A program made the position numbers and the translations under genes. Below are positions 38,241 to 49,052 of a DNA stretch of 64,000 nucleotides, piece after piece. The notes beneath the pieces are model-generated. The model worked only from the letters and a program-made list of their open reading frames with translations, was not told where the DNA came from and did not search any database. Position 1 is the first letter of the stretch. The number at the start of each line of letters is the position of its first letter. Source of the DNA: a bacterium (GTDB lineage: Bacteria > Patescibacteriota > Dojkabacteria > SC72). The stretch is from contig JAIOSB010000027.1 of NCBI GenBank assembly GCA_021107795.1, positions 290 to 64,289 on the forward strand, in the 5' to 3' direction.

Positions 38241-38681
38241 ATGACTCAATATCCAATACTAGCCATAGACTACGGCACAAAACACATAGGACTAGCAATA
38301 TCAGACTTCAAAGGAATAATTGCTACACCACTAGAAGTATTACATATCACACAAAAAAACGGATACGAAAAAATAGTAGAAAAAATCTCCGACATATGCG
38401 AGAACAATAAGGTACAAACAATACTCTTAGGGAAACCTCAGATTTTTCACATTTCACACCAAAAAACAATAAAGAAAATAAATCAATTTGAACAAATCTT
38501 AAAAGACGGTATCAAATTACCAATCCTTTTCCATGATGAAAGCTACTCTACAATTACCGCCCAAGATATGCTACTATGCACAAGCCAATCAACCAAGAAA
38601 AGCAGAAAGAAAATCGACAGTGTAGCTGCCGCTGTATTCTTACAAGAATTCTTAAATTCAAAATCACAAGACAATGTTTAA
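38241..38681 (+). CDS. ruvX: YqgF/RuvX putative pre-16S rRNA nuclease / Holliday-junction resolvase-like
   Basis: ILAIDYGTKHIGLAISD at the N-terminus (RNase H-like fold signature), ~146 aa. Confidence 0.75.
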   Translation: MTQYPILAIDYGTKHIGLAISDFKGIIATPLEVLHITQKNGYEKIVEKISDICENNKVQTILLGKPQIFHISHQKTIKKINQFEQILKDGIKLPILFHDESYSTITAQDMLLCTSQSTKKSRKKIDSVAAAVFLQEFLNSKSQDNV

Positions 38682-39684
38682 AAGCTTAAAATCCCTCATA
38701 AAGATATTCACACTCGCATTAATAACAGTAATCATTGGAGGAATATTCATCAAACTTAAATACAACAAGATAATTGAAACTCCAAATAGTGACTCTAGTG
38801 AAAAGATAACAATAACAATAAATGAAGGTCAAGCTGTAGACCTCATTATCGATGAACTCATTGATGCTGGAGTTATAAAAGAAAGCTGGAGAACATACCT
38901 TAAAACATACCTCAAACTAAATGACCTTTCATCAAAAATTCAAGCAGGTACGTACAACCTACCACTCAATCTTAATATAATAGAACTCATAGAATCACTC
39001 CAACATGCAGACAGCCAAGACATATGGATCACCATCCCGGAAGGTCTACGAAAAGATGAAATTGCAGATACTCTCGCAGAAGAATTTCTACCATATAGTA
39101 CTATCGATTTCTCCTCAACAGAATTCCTCTCACTAACAACAGACTCTGAATACATTTCTCAATTTGAATTTAACGACGAGGTGAATAATCTTGAAGGATA
39201 CATATTCCCAGATAAATACGCATTCTCAGTAGATAGTACTACACAATCCATACTAACTAAAATGATAACTACCTTTGTAACTAAAGTTGGCACTAATGAT
39301 ACATATGAAGACATCATCATTGCCTCAATGGTAGAACGAGAAGGATACAACAGCACAGATAGAGCAATCATTGCAGATATCATTAAAAGGCGATACAGTG
39401 AAGGATGGCTACTACAAATAGATGCAACACTACTCTACCCTGTCAAGGACTGGAAACATGTAATTACACAAACAGACAAGAACTCTGAAAACCCATATAA
39501 TACATATAAGTACCCTGGACTCGTACCAACACCAATATGCAACCCAGGACTAGAAGCTATTAATGCAACAAGAAATCCAAAGCCAAATAATTACTACTAC
39601 TACATACATGAAGATAATGGGACACCACACTACTCAACAACCCTAAATGAACACAATGCAAATGTAAATCAATATTTAAGATAA
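38674..39684 (+). CDS. mltG: Endolytic murein transglycosylase MltG (YceG-like)
   Basis: N-terminal TM, then ...QAGTYNLPLN... and WITIPEGLRKDEIADTL (the conserved catalytic Glu context of the YceG family); overlaps ruvX by 8 nt. Confidence 0.65.
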   Translation: MFKSLKSLIKIFTLALITVIIGGIFIKLKYNKIIETPNSDSSEKITITINEGQAVDLIIDELIDAGVIKESWRTYLKTYLKLNDLSSKIQAGTYNLPLNLNIIELIESLQHADSQDIWITIPEGLRKDEIADTLAEEFLPYSTIDFSSTEFLSLTTDSEYISQFEFNDEVNNLEGYIFPDKYAFSVDSTTQSILTKMITTFVTKVGTNDTYEDIIIASMVEREGYNSTDRAIIADIIKRRYSEGWLLQIDATLLYPVKDWKHVITQTDKNSENPYNTYKYPGLVPTPICNPGLEAINATRNPKPNNYYYYIHEDNGTPHYSTTLNEHNANVNQYLR

Positions 39685-39695
39685 AGTCTGCCACC

Positions 39696-41159
39696 ATGAG
39701 GATTACCTTAGATGACAAAGAAATAACACAACATAAAAAACACCGTCCTCCTAAAGATATAAAACAACCAAAAACTCCCAAACCACCACTTACAACTAAA
39801 CGTAAAATTACAAAAGCAATTCTTCTAATCCTTGCCGTAATTACTGTAGCAGTCATTAGTTACATAGGATACTTTGTTTACAAAGCATACAAAACAGGAA
39901 CAGCAATAGGATTCAAATTCAGACCAAATGACATCATAGCTCAAGACAATCCAGAGCTTAAAAAAGATAGTACAGGTAAATACACAAACATACTAGTTGT
40001 AGGAGTAGACACAAGAGAAAACGGGAATCTTCTAAATACAGACTCGCTCATACTCATCTCCTACAATTACGATACACAAGACATTACAATGACTTCCATC
40101 CCTAGAGATCTACATGTACAAATCAAACCAGACATATATTGGTTTAGTAGGATAAACGCTGTCTACTCCACATTTGAGCAAAACAATGATGGACAGGGAA
40201 TGCCTAGACTCTGCGAAGTAATCACAAAAGTTACAGGACAAGAAATACAATACAACGCAATGATAGACTACAAAGGATTTGTAGAATTAATAGATGCAAT
40301 CGGAGGAATAGATGTAAATGTAGAAAACAGTTTCACTGACTACATGTACCCTAGCGGATTCGGATATAAAACTGTAAGATTTTCAGAAGGAGTACAACAC
40401 ATGGACGGCTCTACTGCGCTTGAATACGCAAGATCCAGACATTCAATGCACAACGGAGAAGGATCTGACTTCGCTAGAGCAAAGAGACAACAAATCGTAA
40501 TATCCTCAATCACCGAAAAGGTAACATCAGGATCACTCCTAGATCCAAGAGCTCTCATGAACCTCTTTAATGTAGTACAAGACAATATACAAATCTCAGA
40601 ATTCACACTCGACGATATTGGAGTAGGAGTAGACCTACTCAGTGAGTTTAAAGAAACTGGAAACAGCTACTCCTTCATCCTCGATCCAAGTGCAGGAGCA
40701 GGCAGACTCCTCACAAGCCAAAACGTCATAAATACAGGAGCATATGCAATTGGACCAGTAGATGGACTTGGACAATATGACGACATACATGAATACATGA
40801 CCCTCCTACTAACCGACCCACAACTTTACAACGAAAACCCTGTAATAAAGATTTACAATACAGGACTTGGATACAATGAAACTATGCAAAGATACAATGA
40901 CCTTGTAGAACAATTCCCATACCTCAAGATTGGATATATGGGAACACTCTACAATGACAAAGATGGAGTTACCATATACATAAACAACGACAAAGACTTC
41001 GCACACTCATTGGAATCCATAAACCGATACCTCAAACCAGATAATACAACCAAACCAGAATATCTTACTACAACACTAAACGCAGAAGATATCACAATCC
41101 TCTTTGGAAAAACAGTCGGAGAAGTCTTAGAAGAAGATACTACCCAAACAACACCTTAA
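39696..41159 (+). CDS. LytR-CpsA-Psr (LCP) family cell-envelope polymer transferase
   Basis: TM anchor, then NILVVGVDTRENGNLLNTDSLILISYNYDTQDITMTSIPRDLHVQI, the LCP core signature. Confidence 0.75.
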   Translation: MRITLDDKEITQHKKHRPPKDIKQPKTPKPPLTTKRKITKAILLILAVITVAVISYIGYFVYKAYKTGTAIGFKFRPNDIIAQDNPELKKDSTGKYTNILVVGVDTRENGNLLNTDSLILISYNYDTQDITMTSIPRDLHVQIKPDIYWFSRINAVYSTFEQNNDGQGMPRLCEVITKVTGQEIQYNAMIDYKGFVELIDAIGGIDVNVENSFTDYMYPSGFGYKTVRFSEGVQHMDGSTALEYARSRHSMHNGEGSDFARAKRQQIVISSITEKVTSGSLLDPRALMNLFNVVQDNIQISEFTLDDIGVGVDLLSEFKETGNSYSFILDPSAGAGRLLTSQNVINTGAYAIGPVDGLGQYDDIHEYMTLLLTDPQLYNENPVIKIYNTGLGYNETMQRYNDLVEQFPYLKIGYMGTLYNDKDGVTIYINNDKDFAHSLESINRYLKPDNTTKPEYLTTTLNAEDITILFGKTVGEVLEEDTTQTTP

Positions 41160-41160
41160 G

Positions 41161-42081
41161 ATGCAAAAACTCTACCATGGTAAAAACAAATACCTCTCAC
41201 TACGATCCATACACGAATTACTCAATACAGAATTCCTGAACCACGAAATTATCACCATAGATGCAGACAGCACTAAAGCAGAAAAAATAATTGACACCCT
41301 CTACTCCCCATCCCTCTTCTCTACATCCAAAACATATTTCCTCAAACGAGTATACAAAAACAAAGAAAAAGAAATTTTGATTAAGAACCTTTTCGAAATA
41401 TTAGACAACAACTCTTCTACAATACTCATTTGGGAAGACCAGAAAATCAGAAGTAATACAAACTATTTTAAATTCTTTAAAAATCAAAACTCCGTAGAAG
41501 AATTCCCCGAGTTAAATAAGCGAAGCTTCCTAACATGGGCAAAAAAAGAAATAGAAGAATTACCATTTACAATACCACAAGATATACTCAACACACTCTC
41601 TCAAAGATCAAACTACGAACCAGAACGATTCAACAACAACATCGAAAAACTTAAACTCCTAGAAACAGACACCATTGATACAAAGAAACTAGACCAAACC
41701 GTAGCAGACACACTTGAAACAGATATCTGGAAACTAATGGATTACATTAATATCTCAGACCATACGGGTATAAATAATACACTAGAAAAACTCCTTGAAT
41801 ATAAAACTGACCCTCATTACATCCTCGCTATGATAGCCAGAAACCTAAGAATTGCAATACAGATAAAACATTTACTAGAGAACAACACAAATGAAAGATC
41901 AATTGCATCGATACTCAAACTCCCTCCATTTGCAATATATTCAATAATGAAAAGTGTCAAAAAGGTTAACAAAGGAAGACTCCTCCTACAATATCAAAAA
42001 CTTTGTAACCTTGACTATGAAATCAAGACAGGAAGAATAGAATCCACGCTAGGACTCTCTCTCTTCACCCTAATACTTTAG
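41161..42081 (+). CDS. holA: Probable DNA polymerase III delta subunit
   Basis: 306 aa, weak delta-like N-region. Support is mainly synteny: holA-rpsT-...-lepA as in Bacillus. Confidence 0.45.
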   Translation: MQKLYHGKNKYLSLRSIHELLNTEFLNHEIITIDADSTKAEKIIDTLYSPSLFSTSKTYFLKRVYKNKEKEILIKNLFEILDNNSSTILIWEDQKIRSNTNYFKFFKNQNSVEEFPELNKRSFLTWAKKEIEELPFTIPQDILNTLSQRSNYEPERFNNNIEKLKLLETDTIDTKKLDQTVADTLETDIWKLMDYINISDHTGINNTLEKLLEYKTDPHYILAMIARNLRIAIQIKHLLENNTNERSIASILKLPPFAIYSIMKSVKKVNKGRLLLQYQKLCNLDYEIKTGRIESTLGLSLFTLIL

Positions 42082-42141
42082 TTGACATTTATCCGTATAA
42101 TAACCTAAACTGTATCAACATTGTAATATTACTGCCTAAAT

Positions 42142-43863
42142 ATGGACCAGCAGAAGAAAAAATCCAAAACAATAACAAATATCCTTTTTACACTACTAGG
42201 AATACTAATCCTAGCCTTAGTCGGAGCAATAATATACTTCTACCTCATTGGAGATATTTTTCAGAAAGAGGAAGATCTAATAATAACCTGTGGATGTTAC
42301 TACATAGACCCTCAAGTTACTGACACATGTGGTGATACAAAAAGAGCTTTCAAGTTCAATACATCTACTGGCACATTAAACGAATGTTCTGCTTCCTGCC
42401 CACTTACAGAACTATCACCCAATATGCTTAACAGTACAACTCTACAAGAAGCTTACATAACTTGTACCACAAAGAATGTACCAAGTACCAAATGTAATGC
42501 AATGGAGATTAAAACAAAGGAAGGTCTAACCGTTACTGGAAAGATTAATCCAGAAGAAACAATAACTATTACTGCAACCTTTGATTCAACACAATATACA
42601 GATCACAAATTCCTAATAAACAATGTCCCCTCTCAACCTGATGAAACTACAGATACTACCATATCCAAAACACTTGCAGGTTTCGGAGACGACAGTACAC
42701 TACAAATCTCTGCACAAGCAGTAGACAGTACAGGAGATACAGTAAGTTCAATCATATGTAACAGACTAATCGAGATAACTACAACTACAGAAACTGGTGT
42801 AAGTGCACTAACACTTGATACATATACATCAAGTGGAAAAACAATAGTACAATCAGCACTCATATCTGCAGGAGGACTCAAAGACACATCCACTACTATA
42901 AAATTCTCTTTCAAGGATGAAGTACTTACAATGATAAACGGTTTTGAATTGGACCCAGACAAAGGACGAATCACAATCACAGAAAGTAATCTCTACAATT
43001 CTCTTAACTTCGTAGAAAGCAAATCATTTTCTGCTCTCGATACATATCAAGGAGATGTAACAGTAACAGCAGAAGTACTCCAAGACAATATCAGTCTAGG
43101 AACTGCGACTGAAGAAATAATTCTTTCAACCACTCAAGACGATCAAACACAAGAAGAAGATGAAGACGACACTACGGCAACTAAATCACAATTTAATGTG
43201 ACAAAAGCTTCTTCAGAAACATGTGTAGAAAGAGTCTCTCCAGATAACAGCTCCACATTTACAATAACTATTAGAAATAATGGAGAGGAGACTGACACCA
43301 TAGAATCAATAAAGGATAAACTCCCTCTAGGATTTGAATATGTAGCAAGCTCCTCTACGTTGAATGGAAACCCAATTGCAGATTCTGTGTTTGTAACGAC
43401 ATCAGACATAGGACAATCCCAAGAAATTGTATGGGAGCCACAAAACTCTTGGTCAATAGATACAGGAGAGACATTGATAATATCATTCAATGCAATTGCA
43501 GGAAGCGCATCTTTAACTGGTACAAACCTAAACGAAGTAATTGTAACACCATCTGAAATACCAGAAGACCCCGCAACACTAAGCTCCTCCATAGAAATAG
43601 TCGTTGCTCAAGACTGTGACGACATAGACACCACCGTACCTCAAACAGGGATATTTGACAGTATAGTTGGAAGAATCTTCTTCGGTATTGCTACCATCAT
43701 GATTGGGATAATAATATACAACACAAACAGAGGGACTCAGTTAGCCACAATGGTTATAAACTCAAATACATACAGAAACGCAGAAATGACATCCTACAAG
43801 ATATTCTCCCCTAAACGCTACTTTGAGGAAAGATTACTGGAGAGAAGAGAGAGAGAAAGATAA
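42142..43863 (+). CDS. Ser/Thr-rich surface protein with N-terminal anchor and a C-terminal VPQTG + hydrophobic + basic segment (candidate sortase sorting signal)
   Basis: N-terminal TM ILFTLLGILILALVGAIIYFYLI. Near the C-terminus, TTVPQTGIFDSIVGRIFFGIATIMIGIIIYNTNRGTQ is followed by ~40 further residues. Confidence 0.4.
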   Translation: MDQQKKKSKTITNILFTLLGILILALVGAIIYFYLIGDIFQKEEDLIITCGCYYIDPQVTDTCGDTKRAFKFNTSTGTLNECSASCPLTELSPNMLNSTTLQEAYITCTTKNVPSTKCNAMEIKTKEGLTVTGKINPEETITITATFDSTQYTDHKFLINNVPSQPDETTDTTISKTLAGFGDDSTLQISAQAVDSTGDTVSSIICNRLIEITTTTETGVSALTLDTYTSSGKTIVQSALISAGGLKDTSTTIKFSFKDEVLTMINGFELDPDKGRITITESNLYNSLNFVESKSFSALDTYQGDVTVTAEVLQDNISLGTATEEIILSTTQDDQTQEEDEDDTTATKSQFNVTKASSETCVERVSPDNSSTFTITIRNNGEETDTIESIKDKLPLGFEYVASSSTLNGNPIADSVFVTTSDIGQSQEIVWEPQNSWSIDTGETLIISFNAIAGSASLTGTNLNEVIVTPSEIPEDPATLSSSIEIVVAQDCDDIDTTVPQTGIFDSIVGRIFFGIATIMIGIIIYNTNRGTQLATMVINSNTYRNAEMTSYKIFSPKRYFEERLLERRERER

Positions 43864-44241
43864 AGGAACTCCACTGTCACCATAATCCATACCCCCTGAA
43901 CTAATCACAAAATAGTAATACTTTGTACTAAGTAACTTCTCAAGAACTACTGTATGTATCTCAGACGAGAGATCTTTAGTATCAATACTTACCAAATCTA
44001 AATTCCCCATATCATCCCCATATATTACATAACCCAAACACTCCTCCTCCGTCTTCCAATCAATTACAACCTGATGATCATCCTCCCCCTTAGACAAAGA
44101 AACATTGTACGGCACACAACCAGACACCATATCTAAATCACTAGAACCTTGAGCCTTGAAAACAAATACAACAAGTGCCCCAACAAGACATACCAAAACT
44201 CCACCAAATATATAGATCAACTTTTTACTCATAAACCTCAA
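43834..44241 (-). CDS. Small N-terminally anchored Fn3-like (PAP-N-like) domain protein
   Basis: TM LIYIFGGVLVCLVGALVVFVF, then VPYNVSLSKGEDDHQVVIDWKTEEECLGYVIYG...HTVVLEKLLSTKYYYFVISSG, the same pattern as the 537- and 1112-aa proteins. Confidence 0.45.
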   Translation of the reverse strand: MRFMSKKLIYIFGGVLVCLVGALVVFVFKAQGSSDLDMVSGCVPYNVSLSKGEDDHQVVIDWKTEEECLGYVIYGDDMGNLDLVSIDTKDLSSEIHTVVLEKLLSTKYYYFVISSGGMDYGDSGVPLSFSLSSLQ

Positions 44242-44626
44242 CTAAAACATAATTTACTACAGAAGAAGAACTCTCCCCATCTGAAACTGTCACAACATAC
44301 TTGTAAGTACCACTCTCAAACGGAATCCCTCTAATTTCATTCCCCTCTATCTCCATCCACAAAGGTTCCTCTGTTAAAGATATAACTACATCCACCCCCT
44401 CAGTATCTAAATCACTTACCTCTACAATATACCTAAAAAGTTCTCCAACATACAAAGACCTCATAGGAACAGATGAAATATATGGTACCCCCTGGTAATT
44501 AACAACACTACTACCCAATACACCCTCATCCAAAGTATCTCTACCATCCAAAACAGAATGACCCACAACACCAACTAAGGTAACAATAAGAACAACCAAA
44601 ATCCAAACTCTAATCCTTTGTTTCAT
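44225..44626 (-). CDS. Small anchored protein with putative-Ig (PF05345-like) domain
   Basis: The real start is likely the internal MKQRIRVWILVVLIVTLVGVV; the track ORF extends further with a GTG start and would overlap rpsT. The PF05345-like domain is YISSVPMRSLYVGELFRYIVEVSDLDTEGVDVVISLTEEPLWMEIEGNEIRGIPFESGTYKYVVTVSDGES. Confidence 0.45.
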   Translation of the reverse strand: MKQRIRVWILVVLIVTLVGVVGHSVLDGRDTLDEGVLGSSVVNYQGVPYISSVPMRSLYVGELFRYIVEVSDLDTEGVDVVISLTEEPLWMEIEGNEIRGIPFESGTYKYVVTVSDGESSSSVVNYVLVEVYE

Positions 44627-44717
44627 ACAATATAGTGTAACAGAAATTTTGATGTTTACAAATACCTTAAATACCGATATAATTACCGACTTCAAATTAA
44701 TATATTTCGATAATTGA

Positions 44718-45014
44718 ATGCCAAATTTAAGAACATCAATAAAAGATCTCAGACAAACTAAGAAGAGAACCATTTTTAACGACAGACTAAGAAATCGAGT
44801 AAAGAAAGCTACCAAAAGATTTAACACTCTAGTAGAAGAGAAAAAGCTTGATGAAGCAACAAAAGCACTCCCTCAAGTAAATAAGGTACTTGACAAAGCG
44901 GCCAAGAAACATATTATTAAGAAAGGCAACGCAAGCAGAAATAAATCAAGACTTGCAGCTAAACTTAATAATCTTGCCCAAGAGAATGTCAAACCTTCTA
45001 AAAAAAGCACTTAA
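44718..45014 (+). CDS. rpsT: 30S ribosomal protein S20
   Basis: MPNLRTSIKDLRQTKKRTIFNDRLRNRVK...KALPQVNKVLDKAAKKHIIKKGNASRNKSRLAAKLNNL matches the S20 consensus. Confidence 0.85.
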   Translation: MPNLRTSIKDLRQTKKRTIFNDRLRNRVKKATKRFNTLVEEKKLDEATKALPQVNKVLDKAAKKHIIKKGNASRNKSRLAAKLNNLAQENVKPSKKST

Positions 45015-45540
45015 ACTCTCACTACTTCCAGCAATCCTCATGATTGCAGGTAAATTCTTTGGTCTCTTTGTACTAATCGCATTTTACAGTATCCAATTTA
45101 GTGTAGGAAATGAAATTTCTGGAATCTTCTCTACACAAATCTTTCTTCCAACTTCTGAAACCACCCTTTTTGTTAACTCTCTCTCAGACTTAGCAATGAT
45201 CTCAATACTAGGCATCTCCACCATATATATGATCCTCCAAACAACCCTACTACAAAGTACGAAGAATAATCCAAGAACAATAGCGAAGGTTGTAAAATTT
45301 AATATGCTCAAATGGATAACAAGCAAGACTTCTACATTTCTCCAAATCTTCATATGGACAACATTTGTTGTGATATCCTCAATAATTACCATTACAAACT
45401 CCCTCCAAGGAGATACATACCTCTGGGTAGGCATTAGTGCAGGAGTAATATCACTCCTCTGTATATGGGGACTAATTAAAACATTTGAAATTGAAACAGA
45501 GAAGATATATCCTAGTAGTAGTAAGCATTCATACTTCTAA
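44986..45540 (+). CDS. Hypothetical polytopic membrane protein
   Basis: Four to five hydrophobic helices. The track ORF starts at 44890 inside rpsT in another frame; Met33 (44986) or Met51 (45040) are more plausible starts. Confidence 0.35.
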   Translation: MSNLLKKALKLSLLPAILMIAGKFFGLFVLIAFYSIQFSVGNEISGIFSTQIFLPTSETTLFVNSLSDLAMISILGISTIYMILQTTLLQSTKNNPRTIAKVVKFNMLKWITSKTSTFLQIFIWTTFVVISSIITITNSLQGDTYLWVGISAGVISLLCIWGLIKTFEIETEKIYPSSSKHSYF

Positions 45541-45542
45541 AA

Positions 45543-46109
45543 ATGATAACAAAGAACAATCAATCAAAAGTAAGATCCTTCTCAGGCAAGATTCTTGAGC
45601 CACTTGCACTTGGTTTACTAGCACTACTCTTCATAATTCCAGCACTCACGGTAATGAATCTTAAACCACTTACAAAGGATACCAAAGATTTCTCAAATGT
45701 CTTAGGTGTAACTACCAATTCTCAAATCATTGTAGATCTAATAGGAGGTACACACGAGATCTTAAGCGTAGAGAAGATATATAAGGATGGGGAGAGTGGA
45801 TATAGATATGGTACATTACTTGCACAAAGAGATTCTGACTTTTACTCCAAACCAATATTACAAATTACAAACAATACAAACGAAGAAAAGATCTTAACCT
45901 TCCTAGGTAGTACACTCCATCCTACGCAATCAAAGATAGGGTTGATAATAAATGACCAAGCATATGGCTTGCAAGATAGTACAGGTCAATCAGAGCTCGT
46001 AGAGATACTACTTAAACCAAGGGTCGCATATGATATATATCTAACAGTAGAGAATACAGTTGATATACAATTCAGTGAAGAATTTGAGATGAAGATAGGG
46101 ATTAAGTAG
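45543..46109 (+). CDS. Hypothetical anchored/secreted protein
   Basis: N-terminal TM (LALGLLALLFIIPALTVM); no domain recognised. Confidence 0.4.
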   Translation: MITKNNQSKVRSFSGKILEPLALGLLALLFIIPALTVMNLKPLTKDTKDFSNVLGVTTNSQIIVDLIGGTHEILSVEKIYKDGESGYRYGTLLAQRDSDFYSKPILQITNNTNEEKILTFLGSTLHPTQSKIGLIINDQAYGLQDSTGQSELVEILLKPRVAYDIYLTVENTVDIQFSEEFEMKIGIK

Positions 46110-46149
46110 TCACTATCAAAAAATCCCTTTCCTTTGTATAATCCATACT

Positions 46150-47967
46150 ATGCACGAACTCAGTAAAATACGCAATTTCTCAATAATTGCACACATTGAC
46201 CATGGAAAATCTACACTAGCTGATAGGATACTAGAAGTTACAGACACAGATACCAGAAGTGAAAAACACGACGAACGAATCCTAGACAGACTAGAACTAG
46301 AACAAGAAAGAGGAATAACGATAAAACTACAAGCATGCAGAATGAACTACAAAGAATACCAACTAAACCTCATAGACACACCCGGACACGTAGACTTCTC
46401 CTACGAAGTATCCCGATCCCTAGCAGCCTGTGAAGCAGCCCTACTCCTAGTAGACGCATCACAAGGAATACAAGCACAAACAATATCAAACACCAAAAAA
46501 GCCCTAGACCTAGGACTCACCCTCATACCAGTACTAAACAAAATAGACCTACCACATGTCGATATAGAAGAAAGAGAACAAGAAATATGTAACCTTCTAG
46601 GATTTGAAAAAGAAGAGATTGTCAAAGTCTCTGCCAAAACAGGAGAAAATGTAGAACTCTTACTCGACGAGATAATAAAACAATGCCCACCGCCACAAGG
46701 CGACACCAAAGCCCCACTACAAGCCCTAATCTTTGACTCCTTCTACGACGAACACAGAGGAGTAGTCGTTGCTGTAAGAATATTCAATGGATCCATCTCT
46801 CACAAACACGGTAAACCACAAGACCTCTTCATGCTCCAAAAACAAGAAAGCTTCAAACCTACGGAAATAGGGATATTTAATCCAGATCTAAAAGAAACAA
46901 ACTCCCTAGGAACAGGAGAAGTCGGATACATTGCAACCGGACTCAAAGATATTAGATACTTCACAGTAGGAGACACAGTATCAGACCACAAAGAAACAAA
47001 AGCCCTACCCGGTTACCAAACACCAAAATCAAATGTATTCGCAACCTTCTTCCCAACTACCTCAGAAGATTACGAACTCCTTAAAATATCTCTAAACAAA
47101 TTAGCCCTAAACGATGCAGCACTCGTCTTCTCAGACCAAAGATCTGCACTACTAGGATCAGGATTTAGATGTGGTTTCCTAGGACTCCTACACATGCAAA
47201 TTGTACAAGAAAGATTAGAAAGAGAATATGATGTAGAACTGATAATTACAGCACCTACTGTAGAATATCACGTCACCTCTATCAACGATGAGAAATTAAT
47301 CATACAAACACCAAGTGAACTCCCAGACCCAAATAAAATAAAGGAAATCTCAGAACCATGGGTCAGAACAGAAATACTAACACCAGACAGATACATGGGA
47401 GACCTGATGAACCTTTGCCAAGCTCACAGAGGAACATACATAAATACCAAATACCTCTCACAAGGTGATGCCAACATCAAACTAAAAGACCAATACATCC
47501 TACTCGAATACGATATGCCACTAGCCTCTCTGATTTCCAACTTCTTCGATCAACTCAAAAACATCTCAAGTGGATACGCCTCCATGGAGTACGAATTTAT
47601 AGACTTCTTCCCAGTAGACCTAGTGAAAGTCTCTGTACTTGTAAACCACGATGAAATACCAGCCCTAAGCTTCCTAGAAACTAGAGAAGGAGCCAGACCA
47701 AAAGCAACGAAATTACTCGAAGTAATGAAAACAGTAATACCAAGACAACAATTCCCAATACCACTACAAGCCGCAATAGGAGCAAAAATCATTGCAAGAG
47801 AAGATGTAAGAGCATTCAGAAAAGATGTCACAGCCAATCTCTACGGTGGAGACTACAGTAGAAAACAAAAACTCCTCAAAAAACAAAAGAAAGGAAAGAA
47901 AAGACTTAAACAAGTCGGACGGGTCAATATCCCACAAGAAGCCTTCCTTGCAATATTAAAAACATAA
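46150..47967 (+). CDS. lepA: Elongation factor 4 (LepA)
   Basis: IRNFSIIAHIDHGKSTLADRIL...DTPGHVDF...NKIDLP and the LepA-specific C-terminal domain (...RQQFPIPLQAAIGAKIIAREDV...). Confidence 0.95.
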   Translation: MHELSKIRNFSIIAHIDHGKSTLADRILEVTDTDTRSEKHDERILDRLELEQERGITIKLQACRMNYKEYQLNLIDTPGHVDFSYEVSRSLAACEAALLLVDASQGIQAQTISNTKKALDLGLTLIPVLNKIDLPHVDIEEREQEICNLLGFEKEEIVKVSAKTGENVELLLDEIIKQCPPPQGDTKAPLQALIFDSFYDEHRGVVVAVRIFNGSISHKHGKPQDLFMLQKQESFKPTEIGIFNPDLKETNSLGTGEVGYIATGLKDIRYFTVGDTVSDHKETKALPGYQTPKSNVFATFFPTTSEDYELLKISLNKLALNDAALVFSDQRSALLGSGFRCGFLGLLHMQIVQERLEREYDVELIITAPTVEYHVTSINDEKLIIQTPSELPDPNKIKEISEPWVRTEILTPDRYMGDLMNLCQAHRGTYINTKYLSQGDANIKLKDQYILLEYDMPLASLISNFFDQLKNISSGYASMEYEFIDFFPVDLVKVSVLVNHDEIPALSFLETREGARPKATKLLEVMKTVIPRQQFPIPLQAAIGAKIIAREDVRAFRKDVTANLYGGDYSRKQKLLKKQKKGKKRLKQVGRVNIPQEAFLAILKT

Positions 47968-49052
47968 TGATTAAGAAGCTCAAATTAAACAACTTTAGGA
48001 AATTCAAAGACCTAGAATTAGAATTCACATCCGATATCATTGTCTTCCACGGTAACAATGCACAAGGAAAAAGCTCAATACTAGAAGCCCTCCACATCAT
48101 CTGTAACGGCAACTCACCATGGTCAAGTGGTAACGAATATATCAATAACAAACAAAATGGAATATCACAACACAGCAGAATTGAAATAACCACAAAAGAA
48201 CATACATATGCCCATTACAAAGACAAAAATCGCAAAACATATATGATAGACGACAGTAAAACCACACCCAAGAAATTCTTCATTAACAATTCCGCAACAA
48301 TCTTTAACCCAGAAAGAATAGACCTACTCATGCTCTCCCCTAACCAAAGAAGAACTTTCTTAGACGAAACCATCTCCGCTATAAACTACGAATACCCCTC
48401 CATACTCTCCAAATTCCGGAAAGTACTTAAACAAAGAAACTCTCACTTAAAGAAATTGGCTAAGAAGTTTTACGAAAAAGGAATAATCTCCAGACACGAC
48501 CCACAACTCAACTTCTGGACACTACAACTCTCAGAACTCTCCTCTATTATCTACATAGAAAGATTAAAGATTTTAGAAAAGTTCTCAGAAGAAAAGTTCT
48601 CACTTGAATATGACTTCTGCAATAAAAACCTACAACCCATTGAAAAGATAAAAAACAAAATAGAAGAAATCCAAAAGATTCTAGACCTTGCTCTGGAAGA
48701 CAACAAGAAACGAGACATAGTAACAGGCTACACCAATATAGGACCACACAGAGACGACTGGAATATATTTACAGACCAAGACATTAAAAAATATGGATCT
48801 CGTGGACAAAAAAGATTGGCTGTAGGCAATCTAGTCTTTAAATCCCATGAGATAATAGCAAAAGAGCTAGGATATCACCCTATCCTTCTACTAGACGATA
48901 TAGCATCAGAATTAGACATTAAAAATACAAAGGAAGTATTCAACAAAAAAGTATTAAACAAACAACAAACATTTATAACCACAGTAGATAAGAAAATATT
49001 ACCAAAACATATTCTAGAAAATGCCCAATTCTTCAATCTTAATAAATATTAG
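47967..49052 (+). CDS. recF: DNA replication and repair protein RecF
   Basis: Walker A NNAQGKSSILEAL, RecF signature GPHRDD, ABC-like signature SRGQKRL, Walker B ILLLDDIASELD; start overlaps the lepA stop. Confidence 0.75.
   Translation: MIKKLKLNNFRKFKDLELEFTSDIIVFHGNNAQGKSSILEALHIICNGNSPWSSGNEYINNKQNGISQHSRIEITTKEHTYAHYKDKNRKTYMIDDSKTTPKKFFINNSATIFNPERIDLLMLSPNQRRTFLDETISAINYEYPSILSKFRKVLKQRNSHLKKLAKKFYEKGIISRHDPQLNFWTLQLSELSSIIYIERLKILEKFSEEKFSLEYDFCNKNLQPIEKIKNKIEEIQKILDLALEDNKKRDIVTGYTNIGPHRDDWNIFTDQDIKKYGSRGQKRLAVGNLVFKSHEIIAKELGYHPILLLDDIASELDIKNTKEVFNKKVLNKQQTFITTVDKKILPKHILENAQFFNLNKY

Noticed and set aside
42082-42125. Sigma-70-like promoter upstream of the 573-aa surface-protein gene (TTGACA ... 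TATAAT)
   Set aside because: TTGACA at 42082-42087 is followed by TATAAT only 8 nt later, far from the 16-18 nt spacing required. It is kept only as an unverified AT-rich upstream region.
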